From the NCBI GenBank assembly GCA_964202905.1, contig CAXNJO010000004.1, forward strand, positions 480,001 through 544,000: a stretch of 64,000 nucleotides of DNA. Direction: 5' to 3'. The DNA is from Polyangiales bacterium (GTDB taxonomy: Bacteria > Myxococcota_A > Polyangia > Polyangiales > JADJQN01). The notes under the pieces were generated by a model, which was not told the origin of the DNA, ran no database searches, and saw only the letters and a list, made by a program, of their open reading frames with translations. Position numbers and translations under genes: made by a program. Below are positions 27,948-38,044 of the stretch, one piece after another. How positions within the stretch are numbered: the stretch's first letter is position 1; each line of letters starts with the position of its first letter.

Positions 27948-29209
27948 CGCCCCCGCGCCCCACGCCTGCACCGCTCCGCCTCCCCGCGTCGCCGCGCGCG
28001 CACGGGGCGCTCCTCGTGCTGGGGCTCGCACTTGCCGCCGCGCTCGGCCTCACGCCGCCGGCGAACGGCCAGCCGCGCCCGCGCCGCGCGAGCGCCGACC
28101 ACGCCGGTCGGAGCGCGATCGTCTATCCGCCCCAGCGCATCGCGCTGCGCATGGACCACGCGCATCCCGCGCACCGCGAGCTGCCGTGCGTGCGTTGCCA
28201 CGCGAGCGCCCCGACGAGCCGCGACGCGCACGATCGCCTCATCCCGGTCGAGTCGAGCTGCAACCCCTGCCACGCCGCACAGACCGAGCGCAGCGCGCCG
28301 GACGCCGCGCGCTGCGGCACGTGCCACGTCGGCTACGGCGCGGATGGGACGCGCGTCGTGCCGGCGTCGTCGTTCCCGTCGCCGCGGCTGCGCTTCTCGC
28401 ACGCGACGCACGCGCGCCTCGGCACCACGTGCGAATCCTGCCACGCGGGCGTGCGCGACGCGCGGCTCGCGACCCGCGATCATCTGCCCGGCATGCGGCA
28501 GTGCCTCACGTGCCACGGCGGCGCCCGCAGCGATGGCACGCGCGCGCCCGGCGCCACGCCCACGCGCACCGCGCCCGACGCGTGCGAAACCTGCCACCTC
28601 ACCGAGCCCGACGGCGTGCTCCGGACGCGCTTCCCTGAGGGGACGCTCACGCCGCCCGACTGGCTGCTCGGCATGGGCCACGACGCGGACTGGATCGTGC
28701 GTCACCGCTGGGTCGGCGCCGATCAGGGCGCCGCGTGCGCCTCGTGCCACCGCGAGTCCGAGTGCGCGGACTGCCACGACGGTCGCGTGCGACCGCGCGC
28801 GATTCACCCCAACGATTACCTCACGATCCACCCGCAGGAGGCGCGGCGCGAGCCCACCCGCTGCGCGTCGTGCCACACCACGCAGCGCTTCTGCACCGAG
28901 TGCCACGCGCGCCTCGGCCTCGCTTCGATCGCAGCGCCCGCCGTGCGCGAGACGGGGCGCTACCACCCGCCCCCCGCGGCCTGGGAGCGCGCGCACGGCC
29001 TCGAGGCCAAGCGCTCGCTGAACGCCTGCGTGAGCTGCCACGCCGAGCGCGACTGCGTCGGCTGCCACGGCGCGATCGGGGTCGGCGGGGGCCTCTCGCC
29101 CCACCCGCCCGGCTTCGCGGCGCGATGCGCGTCCCTGCTCGCGGCGAACCCGCGCGCCTGCGTGACGTGCCATGGCGACGTCGGCGCCCTCGAACCGCGC
29201 TGCCGCTGA
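27944..29209 (+). CDS. 13-heme c-type cytochrome (c7/c3-like N-terminal domains + paired-CxxCH repeats)
   Basis: 13 CxxCH motifs: CVRCH, CNPCH, CGTCH, CESCH, CLTCH, CETCH, CASCH, CADCH, CASCH, CTECH, CVSCH, CVGCH, CVTCH. N-terminal hydrophobic export signal. Confidence 0.93.
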   Translation: MTPPRPTPAPLRLPASPRAHGALLVLGLALAAALGLTPPANGQPRPRRASADHAGRSAIVYPPQRIALRMDHAHPAHRELPCVRCHASAPTSRDAHDRLIPVESSCNPCHAAQTERSAPDAARCGTCHVGYGADGTRVVPASSFPSPRLRFSHATHARLGTTCESCHAGVRDARLATRDHLPGMRQCLTCHGGARSDGTRAPGATPTRTAPDACETCHLTEPDGVLRTRFPEGTLTPPDWLLGMGHDADWIVRHRWVGADQGAACASCHRESECADCHDGRVRPRAIHPNDYLTIHPQEARREPTRCASCHTTQRFCTECHARLGLASIAAPAVRETGRYHPPPAAWERAHGLEAKRSLNACVSCHAERDCVGCHGAIGVGGGLSPHPPGFAARCASLLAANPRACVTCHGDVGALEPRCR

Positions 29210-29251
29210 GCCCGCGACGCGATCCGCGCGACGCGTCGGTTCCCGGGTCGG

Positions 29252-29860
29252 CTACGAACGGCCGCGCAGGGACACCACGCCGCGGCGCTCCCCGCGCAGG
29301 AGCGCACCGAGCGCCACCTCGAGCCCCTCGGGCGCCCCCTCGACGACGCGCCCCACCTCGACGCCGCCGCGCCGCACGATGAAGGTCGGCACGTAGCGCA
29401 CGGAGAGCCCGTCGAGCGCGCCCCCCGGCGCCTCCTTCGCGCGGTCGACCGCGACGAACCGCACCGCGAACGGCACCTCCCCCGCGACCTCGAGCGCCCG
29501 CCACAGCCGCGGCACCTCGCGCCGGCTGTCGCCGCACCAGGTGCCGAGGACGACGACGACCTCCGCGCCGGGCGGCACGCGCGCGAGCGCCGCCGCAGCC
29601 GTCGCGTCCACCTGCGCCCCGGCACGCTCGGCGGCCCAAGCCGGCACCGCCGCCTCGATCGCCGCGCGGGTCGTCGGCCCGACGAGCACGCCTGGCGAGG
29701 CGCTCGCGACGTCCGACGACGGCGCGGGCGACGACGGCGCGGGCGACGACGACACGGGCGACGACGGCGCGGGCGACGACGACGGCGTCGACGCAGACCG
29801 CGACGCACCACCGCACGCGGGGAGAAGCAGCGCAACGAGGACGATCGGGGCAGCGCGCAT
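29252..29860 (-). CDS. Thioredoxin-family lipoprotein (WCGDS)
   Basis: Lipobox LPAC, Ser/Pro repeat linker, LGTWCGDS and YVPTFIV..EVGRVVE motifs. Confidence 0.85.
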   Translation of the reverse strand: MRAAPIVLVALLLPACGGASRSASTPSSSPAPSSPVSSSPAPSSPAPSSDVASASPGVLVGPTTRAAIEAAVPAWAAERAGAQVDATAAAALARVPPGAEVVVVLGTWCGDSRREVPRLWRALEVAGEVPFAVRFVAVDRAKEAPGGALDGLSVRYVPTFIVRRGGVEVGRVVEGAPEGLEVALGALLRGERRGVVSLRGRS

Positions 29861-30005
29861 GGGCCGCCAGTATCGCTGCGCCGCGCGGCCAAGGGGAGCG
29901 TTTGTCCGCGCCGGGTCGCTCTCCGTCGCGTCGTGGCCAGCGCGCGCCGCCTGCAGCCCCGCGCCCGTTGCGCCCGGCGCGCGGCTTCGGCATCGTCCGC
30001 GTGTC

Positions 30006-31871
30006 ATGCGCCTCCCCAGCATCCTCGCCCGCTCCGCAATCTCCGCGTTCTCCGCCCTTTCCCTCTTCTCCACGATCCCCGCGTGCGGCGGCGCGACCGC
30101 CGGCGTCGCGGACGCCCGCGGCGCACGCGGTCACTGGGAAGACGAAGCCCAGCGCCTGCTCGCCTTCTACAACCCCGTCTACGTCTCCCTCTCCACCGAG
30201 ACATCCCGCGCAGCGTGGCTCTCGAGCACCGACGTCAGCGAGGCGCACACCGGCCAGCGCACGGGCGCGGCGACGGCGTTCAGCGCCTTCGCGGGGAACG
30301 CGCTCTTCATCGAGCGGGCGCGCGCGCTACTCACGCACGAGTCCGAGCTCGCTGACCTCACGAAGCGCCAGCTCCGCCAGATGCTCGTGCTCGCCGCCGA
30401 CGCCCCGCAGACGAACCCGGACCTCGCGCGGCGTCGCGTCGCGGCCGAGGCGCAGCAGTCCGAGATCCTCGACGGCTTCCAGTTCTGCCTCGCGCGGAGC
30501 GGCACGACGTGCACGCAGCCGGTCATCACGAACGACCTCGATCGCGTCCTCGAGGACTCGCGCGTCCTCGCCGATCGCGAGCGCGCGTGGAACGCGTCCA
30601 AGGAGGTCGGCGTCCCGCTGCGGAGCGGACTCGTCACCCTCCAGGGCCTCCGCAACGGGGTCGCGCGTGAGATGGGCTACGACGACTTCTTCCAGTTCCA
30701 GGTCTCGAACTACGGCATGTCCACGGCCGAGATGATGGAGACGCTCGATCGCCTCGTGCGCGAGACGCGCCCGCTCTACGAGCAGCTCCACTGCTACGCG
30801 CGCCACGAGCTCGCGCAGCGTTACGGCGTCGCCGAGCCGCCCGCGCTCATCCCCGCGCACTGGATCGGCAACCGCTGGGGCCAGGAGTGGCCCGGCCTCG
30901 TCGAGGGCGTCGACATGGACGCGCTCGTCGCGGGCAAGTCGCCCGAGTGGATCGTCCAGCAGGCCGAGCGCTTCTACGTGAGCCTCGGCTATCCGTCCCT
31001 GCCCGCGTCGTTCTGGTCGGAGAGCGACCTCTATCCGGTGCCGGCGGGCAACCCGCGCCGCAAGAACGCCCACGCGAGCGCGTGGCACGTCGACCTGCAG
31101 CACGACGTGCGCTCGCTGATGAGCGTCGAGGCGGACTGGCGCTGGTTCACGACCACGCACCACGAGCTCGGGCACATCTACTACTACCTGAGCTACGCGA
31201 ACGACGACGTCCCGCCGCTGCTCCGCGAGGGCGCGAACCGCAGCTACCACGAGGGCATGGGCGATCTCGTCGCGCTCGCGGCGTCACAGGAGCCGTATCT
31301 CCGCGCGATCGGGCTGCTCGCCGAAGGACAGGTCCTCGACCAGCAGCGCGCGCTCCTCGACTCGGCGCTCACCGGGCCCATCGTCTTCCTGCCCTGGGCC
31401 GCGGGCACGATGAGCCAGTTCGAGAAGGCGCTCTACGCCGACGAGCTCCCCGCTGCCGAGCTCAACACCAAGTGGTGGGAGCTGGTCGCGCGCTATCAGG
31501 GCATCGCGCCGCCCGGCCCGCGCCCCGCGGACGCGTGCGACGGCTGCACCAAGACGCACATCAACGACGACCCCGCGCAGTACTACGACTACGCGCTCGC
31601 GAACGTGCTCGTGTACCAGCTCCACGACCACATCTGCCGCGAGCTGCTCCACCAGGATCCGCGCAGCTGCAACTACGCCGGTCACCCCGAGGTCGGCGAG
31701 TTCCTCCGCGCGATCGAGCGCCCCGGCATGTCACGCGACTGGCGCACCGTGCTGCGCGAGACGACCGGCAGCGACCTCAGCGCCGAGCCGATGCTCCGCT
31801 ACTACGCGCCGCTGATGGAGACGCTGCGCGCGCAGAACGCGGGGCGGAGCTGCGCGCTGCCGGCGCTCTGA
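30006..31871 (+). CDS. M2-family metallopeptidase (ACE-like peptidyl-dipeptidase)
   Basis: HHELGH zinc motif, HASAW, REGANRSYHEGMGD, IPAHWIGNRWGQEW and KWWELV..YQGI; lipobox-like IPAC. Confidence 0.93.
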   Translation: MRLPSILARSAISAFSALSLFSTIPACGGATAGVADARGARGHWEDEAQRLLAFYNPVYVSLSTETSRAAWLSSTDVSEAHTGQRTGAATAFSAFAGNALFIERARALLTHESELADLTKRQLRQMLVLAADAPQTNPDLARRRVAAEAQQSEILDGFQFCLARSGTTCTQPVITNDLDRVLEDSRVLADRERAWNASKEVGVPLRSGLVTLQGLRNGVAREMGYDDFFQFQVSNYGMSTAEMMETLDRLVRETRPLYEQLHCYARHELAQRYGVAEPPALIPAHWIGNRWGQEWPGLVEGVDMDALVAGKSPEWIVQQAERFYVSLGYPSLPASFWSESDLYPVPAGNPRRKNAHASAWHVDLQHDVRSLMSVEADWRWFTTTHHELGHIYYYLSYANDDVPPLLREGANRSYHEGMGDLVALAASQEPYLRAIGLLAEGQVLDQQRALLDSALTGPIVFLPWAAGTMSQFEKALYADELPAAELNTKWWELVARYQGIAPPGPRPADACDGCTKTHINDDPAQYYDYALANVLVYQLHDHICRELLHQDPRSCNYAGHPEVGEFLRAIERPGMSRDWRTVLRETTGSDLSAEPMLRYYAPLMETLRAQNAGRSCALPAL

Positions 31872-31947
31872 ACGCAGCGACGCGCGCGGGGCCGACCGGC
31901 GCGCGCACCAAAGCGCACGGCCCCGCTGTCGCCAGCGAGGCCGTGTG

Positions 31948-32351
31948 GTCGGAGGGCCCATAAGCCGAGTTCTGTTCCCGCAGCCATCGCTGGCGTGCGG
32001 GCGGTGGTCATTCCTCTGGGACACGCGTCACCGCGTGCCTCGAGCGACGTTACCCGGGAGCTCGGGCGGGCCGCCCTCCGACCGCCGTGTCGCCACGGCG
32101 GCTGCGCTCCCCTATTTCGTCTTGCACCGGGTGGGGTTTGCCGTGCGACCGACGTTGCCGTCGGCCCGGTGGGCTCTTACCCCGCCTTTTCACCCTTACC
32201 GCGTGGCGCTCGCGCGCGACGCGGCGGTTCAGTCTCTGTGGCACTTTCCTCGGGGTCGCCCCCACGAGCCGTTAGCTCGCACCCTGCCCTCTGGAGCTCG
32301 GACTTTCCTCCCGTCCGCGAACGGACGCGCGATCACCCGGGCCGCTCCGAC
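31948..32351 (-). ncRNA. rnpB: RNase P RNA (class A)
   Basis: Minus strand has GAGGAAAGTCCGAGCTCC, AAAGTGCCACAGA, GGTGAAAAGGCGGGGTAAGAG, GGCAAACCCCAC and ACAGAACTCGGCTTA; the termini pair as P1. Confidence 0.97.
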
Positions 32352-32357
32352 GCCGCG

Positions 32358-32386
32358 CTCATACGGTTCGGCGCCCCCGCGCGCAA
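32358..32386 (-). promoter_or_regulatory. rnpB promoter TTGCGC-N17-TATGAG
   Basis: The -10 box ends ~7 nt before the predicted RNA 5' end. Confidence 0.6.
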
Positions 32387-32442
32387 GACGACGCCGGAAA
32401 CTTGCCCTCCGGATCAGGAGGCATAGCGTCGCCCCCGTCCCC

Positions 32443-33723
32443 ATGTCCGGATTCCCCGCATCGCGCGCGTCCCTGCGCGTCGCCCTCGTCGCCCTGGCGC
32501 TCGCAGGCTGCTCCCCCGGGGGCGGCACGCGCGGTGGTCCCGCCAGGCGCGACGCAGGCACGGATGCGGGGAGCGCGCCCGCCGCGACGACACGCCACGC
32601 GGTCACGCAGGCGTCGAGCGAGAGCGCGACGGAACGTCCGACGCCCGCCACCGCGGCCCCGCCGCGCGTCGGCGAGGTCGTCCCCATCCCCGCAGGTCCG
32701 ATGCGCGCTGGGAGCCGTCCCGGCGCGCCAGGCCGGGTGCCCGGCACGGAGGCCGACCTCCTGCCCGCGGCGCTGCCCGCCTTCACGATCGATCGCCTCC
32801 CGTATCCGAACGATCCCGCCCTGCCCCCGCGCGCCGCGGTCTCGCGCGCCGAGGCCGCCGCGCTCTGCGGCGAGGCGGGCAAGCGCCTGTGCACCGATCT
32901 CGAGTGGGAGCGGGCGTGCGAGGGACCGACGAACGACGCCGCGCCGCTCGGCGCGACCTTCCCCGGCGGAGCGACCTTCGACGCCGAGACCTGCGGGATC
33001 GACCCGCTCGCCTGCGCCTCCCCCGAAGGCGTGCTCTCGCTCGGCGCGACCCTCGGCGAGTGGACGGCGAGCGCTGCGCCCCCCGAATTCGGCGCGGCCG
33101 GGCTCGACGCCATCGTGCGCGGCGGCGCGGCGCTCTCGCCGATCGCCGTCCACCGCTGCGCCTCCCGGCGCCCCTTCCCCTCCGGCACGAAGGTCGAAGG
33201 CCTCGGCTTCCGCTGCTGCGGCGGCGCAGACGCGGAGGTCCCCTATCCACGCGTCGCGCGCGCCCGCACCATGTTCGAGGACCGCCCCGCGAACACGGCC
33301 GCATTGCGCCGCGTGCTCGCCGGGGTGCCCGAAGTGGCGCGCTTCGCCGAGCGCTTCGCGCCCTTCGACGCCGACGACGTCGACCGCGCGCTCGGCCGCG
33401 GCGGGCAGACGCGCGAGTCACTCGGCGGCTGGGGCGTGATGGCCGGCGTGCTCGTCTGGTCGCCGGCCGACGGCGAGACGGTGTGGATCGTCGCGGGCAC
33501 GAGCGGGCCGGACTCGCTCGTCGCCGCGCTCCATCCGATGCCGGACGGCACCTTCCTGCACGCAGCGAGCTTCATCCTCGAGAACGAGGCGACCCCCATC
33601 GCGGTCGCGTACGGCGTGACCTCGCAGCGCGAGTTGCTCTGGTCGACCTGCTGGGGCTGTGGCGGAGAGGGCGGCGCGATCACGTTCCGCGACGACGCCA
33701 CGATCGTGATCACGCAGCGCTGA
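32443..33723 (+). CDS. FGE-sulfatase (SUMF1-like) domain lipoprotein
   Basis: Lipobox LAGC; FTIDRLPYPN, GKRLCTDLEWERACEG, EWT and GFRCC motifs. Confidence 0.8.
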   Translation: MSGFPASRASLRVALVALALAGCSPGGGTRGGPARRDAGTDAGSAPAATTRHAVTQASSESATERPTPATAAPPRVGEVVPIPAGPMRAGSRPGAPGRVPGTEADLLPAALPAFTIDRLPYPNDPALPPRAAVSRAEAAALCGEAGKRLCTDLEWERACEGPTNDAAPLGATFPGGATFDAETCGIDPLACASPEGVLSLGATLGEWTASAAPPEFGAAGLDAIVRGGAALSPIAVHRCASRRPFPSGTKVEGLGFRCCGGADAEVPYPRVARARTMFEDRPANTAALRRVLAGVPEVARFAERFAPFDADDVDRALGRGGQTRESLGGWGVMAGVLVWSPADGETVWIVAGTSGPDSLVAALHPMPDGTFLHAASFILENEATPIAVAYGVTSQRELLWSTCWGCGGEGGAITFRDDATIVITQR

Positions 33724-33759
33724 GCCCGGATCGCCTCCCGATGAGGTAGAACCGCGGGC

Positions 33760-34551
33760 ATGCGCTTCGTGCGAATCCTCCGCGAGGGCCGCCCCGCCTA
33801 CGCCCGCCTGCTCGACGACGCGCGCGCCCAGCTCTGGACGGGCGCGCCCTGGGACGGCGGCGCCGAGACGGGCACGGTCATCGCGCTCGGTGAGGCGGCC
33901 TGGCTCGCGCCGGTGACGCCGTCGAAGATCGTGTGCGTCGGACGCAACTACCGCGCGCACGCCGCGGAGCTCGGCCACGACGTCCCCGCTGAGCCCCTGC
34001 TCTTCCTGAAGCCGCCGACGGCGCTCGTCGGCCCGGGCGCGGTCATCCCGCTCCCCGCCGCGAGCGCGCGCGTCGAGCACGAGGGCGAGCTCGCCGTCGT
34101 CGTCGGCCGCACGCTCCGCGACGCCACCCCGGCGCAGGCGCTCGCGGGCGTGTTCGGCTATGCATGCGCGAACGACGTCACCGCGCGCGACCTGCAGCGC
34201 AAGGACGTGCAGTTCACCCGCGCCAAGGGCTTCGACGGCTTCTGCCCCTGCGGTCCGTTCATCGAGACGGACCTCTCCCCCGCCGACCTGCGCCTCGCCG
34301 TGCGCGTGAACGGCGCGCTCCGGCAGGACGGGCGCACGCGCGACATGGTCTTCCCGGTCGACGCGCTGCTCGCGTACATCTCGGGCGTCATGACGCTGCT
34401 CCCGGGCGATCTCGTCCTGACCGGGACGCCTTCGGGCGTCGGGCCGCTCGTCGCGGGAGACGTGGTCGAGGTCGCCATCGAGGGCCTCGGCGCGCTCGTG
34501 AACCCCGTGGCCGACCGTGCGTCGCATGGCGTCGCTGCGTTACAGGGCTGA
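33760..34551 (+). CDS. Fumarylacetoacetate hydrolase family protein
   Basis: KIVCVGRNY..HA.E, FLKPP, EGELAVV, NDVTARD, AKGFD and LTGTP motifs. Confidence 0.95.
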   Translation: MRFVRILREGRPAYARLLDDARAQLWTGAPWDGGAETGTVIALGEAAWLAPVTPSKIVCVGRNYRAHAAELGHDVPAEPLLFLKPPTALVGPGAVIPLPAASARVEHEGELAVVVGRTLRDATPAQALAGVFGYACANDVTARDLQRKDVQFTRAKGFDGFCPCGPFIETDLSPADLRLAVRVNGALRQDGRTRDMVFPVDALLAYISGVMTLLPGDLVLTGTPSGVGPLVAGDVVEVAIEGLGALVNPVADRASHGVAALQG

Positions 34552-34669
34552 CGACGCGCGCACGCGTCCTGCCGCCGAGTCGCGATTCGGACTGCAAATG
34601 CTCGTTTTCCATCGACAAACAGAGGACGTGGACGTGGCACGAAACATGACTTCCGGCGCGCGCCCCCCC

Positions 34670-36754
34670 ATGCGTCCCCGCCTCCTCGTCCCCGCGCTCC
34701 TCCTCGCCGTGGCCGCCAACGCCGGCTGCTACCTCAGCTTCCGCCGCGCGGCCCCCGACGACGCCGGCCCCGACGCGCACGTCGATGGCGCGACGGACGC
34801 GGCCGCAGACGGCGCGCTCGACGCCAGCGAGGACGCCGCGACCGACCTCGGCCCCGACGCTGCGCTCGACCTCGGGACGGATCTCGGCCTCGACGGCGGC
34901 GTCGTCGGCGTCGACGCGGAGCCGCCCCTCGGGCCGCCCCCCGATCCCACGTCGTGCCGCACCACGCCGGCGATCCTCCCCTTCGAGGACCCCGTCCTCG
35001 AGCGCAGCTGGCCCGACGGGACCGTGGTGCACTCGGACGCGCTCAACGTCTGCATGACGCCGCTCGTCATCGACGTCGACCCCGATGGCACGACGGTCGA
35101 GCCCGAGCTCGTCTTCGTCTCGTACCCGACCATCCGGCGCGACGAGCCGCCCGGCATCCTCCGCATCTGGAACCCGAAGACCCGCGATACGCGCAGCTAC
35201 CCGCCGACGGATCTCGAGCAGGGGGTCTTCGAGGCCACGGGCAACCTCGCAGCGGGCGACCTCGACGGCGACGGACGCCCCGAGATCGTCGGACTCGGCT
35301 CGTACTCGGCCACGTACGCCTTGCGCGGGGACGGCACCCTCTTCTGGGAGTCGCCCTACCCGGTCGCGTCCGAGCGCGGCCCGCGCCTCAGCCCGTCGAT
35401 CGGCGGCGGCCCCGCGCTCGCGGACCTCGAGGGCGACGGCACCGTCGAGGTCATCGTCGGCCGCACGGTCCTCGAGGGACTCACGGGCGAGCGGCGCTTC
35501 ACCGGCCCCGTGGACGCAGGCCGCGGGCACAACAACACCTTCCTCGGGCCTCTCTCCTGCGTCGCCGACCTCGACGAGGACGGCGTGCAGGAGGTCATCG
35601 CGGGCAAGACGGCCTACCGCGCGAACGGCGACGTGTTCTGGACGACCGACCACCCCGACGGCTTCTGCGCGATCGCGGACGTGCTCCCGGGCGACCCGGG
35701 GGTCGAGGTCGTGCTCGTCAGCAGCGGCTACCTTCGCCTCCTCGACAACCTGACGGGCCGAGAGCTCTGGGTGCGCGACCTCGTCGGGCGCGTGCGCGAC
35801 AGCATCGGCGGCGCGCCCACCGTCGCGGACTTCGACGGCGACGGACGCCCCGAGATCGGCGTTGCGCACGGCAACGCCTACGGCGTCTACGACATCGACT
35901 GCACGGCCGTCGGCGCCGGCTGCGCCGATGCCGGGCTGCGCTGGCAGAGTCCGACCAACGACGATTCCTCCGCGGGCACCGGCTCGAGCGTCTTCGACTT
36001 CAACGGCGACGGCGCGGCCGAGGTCGTCTACAACGATCAGCAGTACTTCCGCGTGTACGACGGCACGACGGGCCGCGAGCTCTTCCGCCGCAACAGCAGC
36101 TCGCGCACGCGCACCGAGAACCCGACGATCGCCGACGTCGACAACGACGGCGACGCCGAGATCGTCTTCGGCTCGAACAACGAGGCCTTCTTCATCCGCG
36201 ATTGGTGGACGGACGCGGGCCTCTTCATCTGGGGCGATCGCCGCGGCGCGTGGGTCGGCGCGCGGCGGATCTGGAACCAGCACAGCTACCACGTCGGCAA
36301 CGTCGCGGAGGACGGCACCATCCCGCTCCGGGAGGAGCCCTCCTGGCGCGCGACGAACAGCTACCGCCAGAACCTGCGCGAGGGCGCCGACGTGCTCGTG
36401 ACGCCGGATCTCTGGGGCGGTCGCGGGAGTTACGTCTGCGGCGACGGCGGGCGCGCGATCACCCTCCGCGTGAACGTGCAGAACTACGGCCTCGAGCGCA
36501 TCGGAGAGGGGGTCGTCGTGTCGTTCTGGCGCGGCGCACCGGGCCGCGGTGGCGAGCGCCTCGGCGAGGTCGCGACGACGACGCGCCTCGAGCCCGGCGG
36601 CGCCGAGGGCGTCGCGCTGACGGTCCCGTGGGCGGCCCCGGTCGTCGACTACTACGCGGTGCTCGACGATCCGACGGAGCCGGCGAGCGGCAACGTCTCG
36701 GAGTGCCGCGAGAACAACAACGAAGTGCTCTTCTGGCGCCCCGACTGCCGCTGA
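34670..36754 (+). CDS. FG-GAP/VCBS-repeat lipoprotein with C-terminal CARDB-like domain
   Basis: Lipobox NAGC; DA(G) linker; repeated DxDGDGxxEI Ca-binding motifs; WNQHSYHV motif; ECRENNN at the C-terminus. Start could be 34646. Confidence 0.85.
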   Translation: MRPRLLVPALLLAVAANAGCYLSFRRAAPDDAGPDAHVDGATDAAADGALDASEDAATDLGPDAALDLGTDLGLDGGVVGVDAEPPLGPPPDPTSCRTTPAILPFEDPVLERSWPDGTVVHSDALNVCMTPLVIDVDPDGTTVEPELVFVSYPTIRRDEPPGILRIWNPKTRDTRSYPPTDLEQGVFEATGNLAAGDLDGDGRPEIVGLGSYSATYALRGDGTLFWESPYPVASERGPRLSPSIGGGPALADLEGDGTVEVIVGRTVLEGLTGERRFTGPVDAGRGHNNTFLGPLSCVADLDEDGVQEVIAGKTAYRANGDVFWTTDHPDGFCAIADVLPGDPGVEVVLVSSGYLRLLDNLTGRELWVRDLVGRVRDSIGGAPTVADFDGDGRPEIGVAHGNAYGVYDIDCTAVGAGCADAGLRWQSPTNDDSSAGTGSSVFDFNGDGAAEVVYNDQQYFRVYDGTTGRELFRRNSSSRTRTENPTIADVDNDGDAEIVFGSNNEAFFIRDWWTDAGLFIWGDRRGAWVGARRIWNQHSYHVGNVAEDGTIPLREEPSWRATNSYRQNLREGADVLVTPDLWGGRGSYVCGDGGRAITLRVNVQNYGLERIGEGVVVSFWRGAPGRGGERLGEVATTTRLEPGGAEGVALTVPWAAPVVDYYAVLDDPTEPASGNVSECRENNNEVLFWRPDCR

Positions 36755-36801
36755 CCCACGCGCCTCTGGCCCCGCCGCCCGCGCGGGGCCACGATGCGCG
36801 G

Positions 36802-37182
36802 ATGCGCGACCCCGACGCCCCGTCCGACACGCCCCCGCCCGCTGCCGCATCCCCCGCGAGCGAGCCTCCCGCCCCTGCGGCGACCCGCGCCAAAGACGAG
36901 CTTTTCGAGGCCGTCGAGCACGTCCGCAACGCCGCGTCGATCCTCCTCGACCGCGCCGCGCGCGACCCGTCGCTCCGCGGCGCGACGCAAGAGGCCGAGC
37001 GCGTCCTCCACAAGGTGGGCGCGACGGCCGAACCGCTCGCGCGCTCGCTCTTCGGCGAGCTGTCGAAGATCACGCGGCAGGTCGCCGAGGCGGTCGAGGG
37101 CCCCCGCAAGACGGAGTCGGTCCCGCCTCCCCACGACGACGCGGATGACTCGACCCCCCGTGGCGGACGCGCCCCGCGCTGA
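36802..37182 (+). CDS. Hypothetical helical protein (126 aa)
   Basis: Central amphipathic helices (AKDELFEAVEHVRNAASILL..LFGELSKITRQV) fill the gap between genes. Confidence 0.6.
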   Translation: MRDPDAPSDTPPPAAASPASEPPAPAATRAKDELFEAVEHVRNAASILLDRAARDPSLRGATQEAERVLHKVGATAEPLARSLFGELSKITRQVAEAVEGPRKTESVPPPHDDADDSTPRGGRAPR

Positions 37183-37365
37183 CCCCGCGACGGTCGCGCG
37201 CCGCGTCCCTCGGCAGACAGGCCCTGCGGCCGACGCCACCCTCACCCTCGACGTGCCGGCGGCACGCCGCGCACGCACCGCGGTCGCAGCGCGCCGCGGT
37301 TTGCGTGAGCGGGTCCCCCCGGCAGCACGCACGGGGCGGTCACACGCTTCGTCGGAGCCCTCGGC

Positions 37366-37941
<576 letters not shown>

Positions 37942-38044
37942 GCCCGCCTCCTCTTCCGATCGCCGCGCTCATTCGGCGATCGCGCCCTCAGCCGCCCACC
38001 ACCGACCGTGCGCCGCGCCTCGCCCGCGCGACCCCGGCCACCGC

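Noticed and set aside
31945..32442. N-terminal extension of the FGE-domain ORF and small ORFs in this interval
   Set aside because: The interval is occupied by rnpB on the minus strand; the lipoprotein signal starts at 32443.
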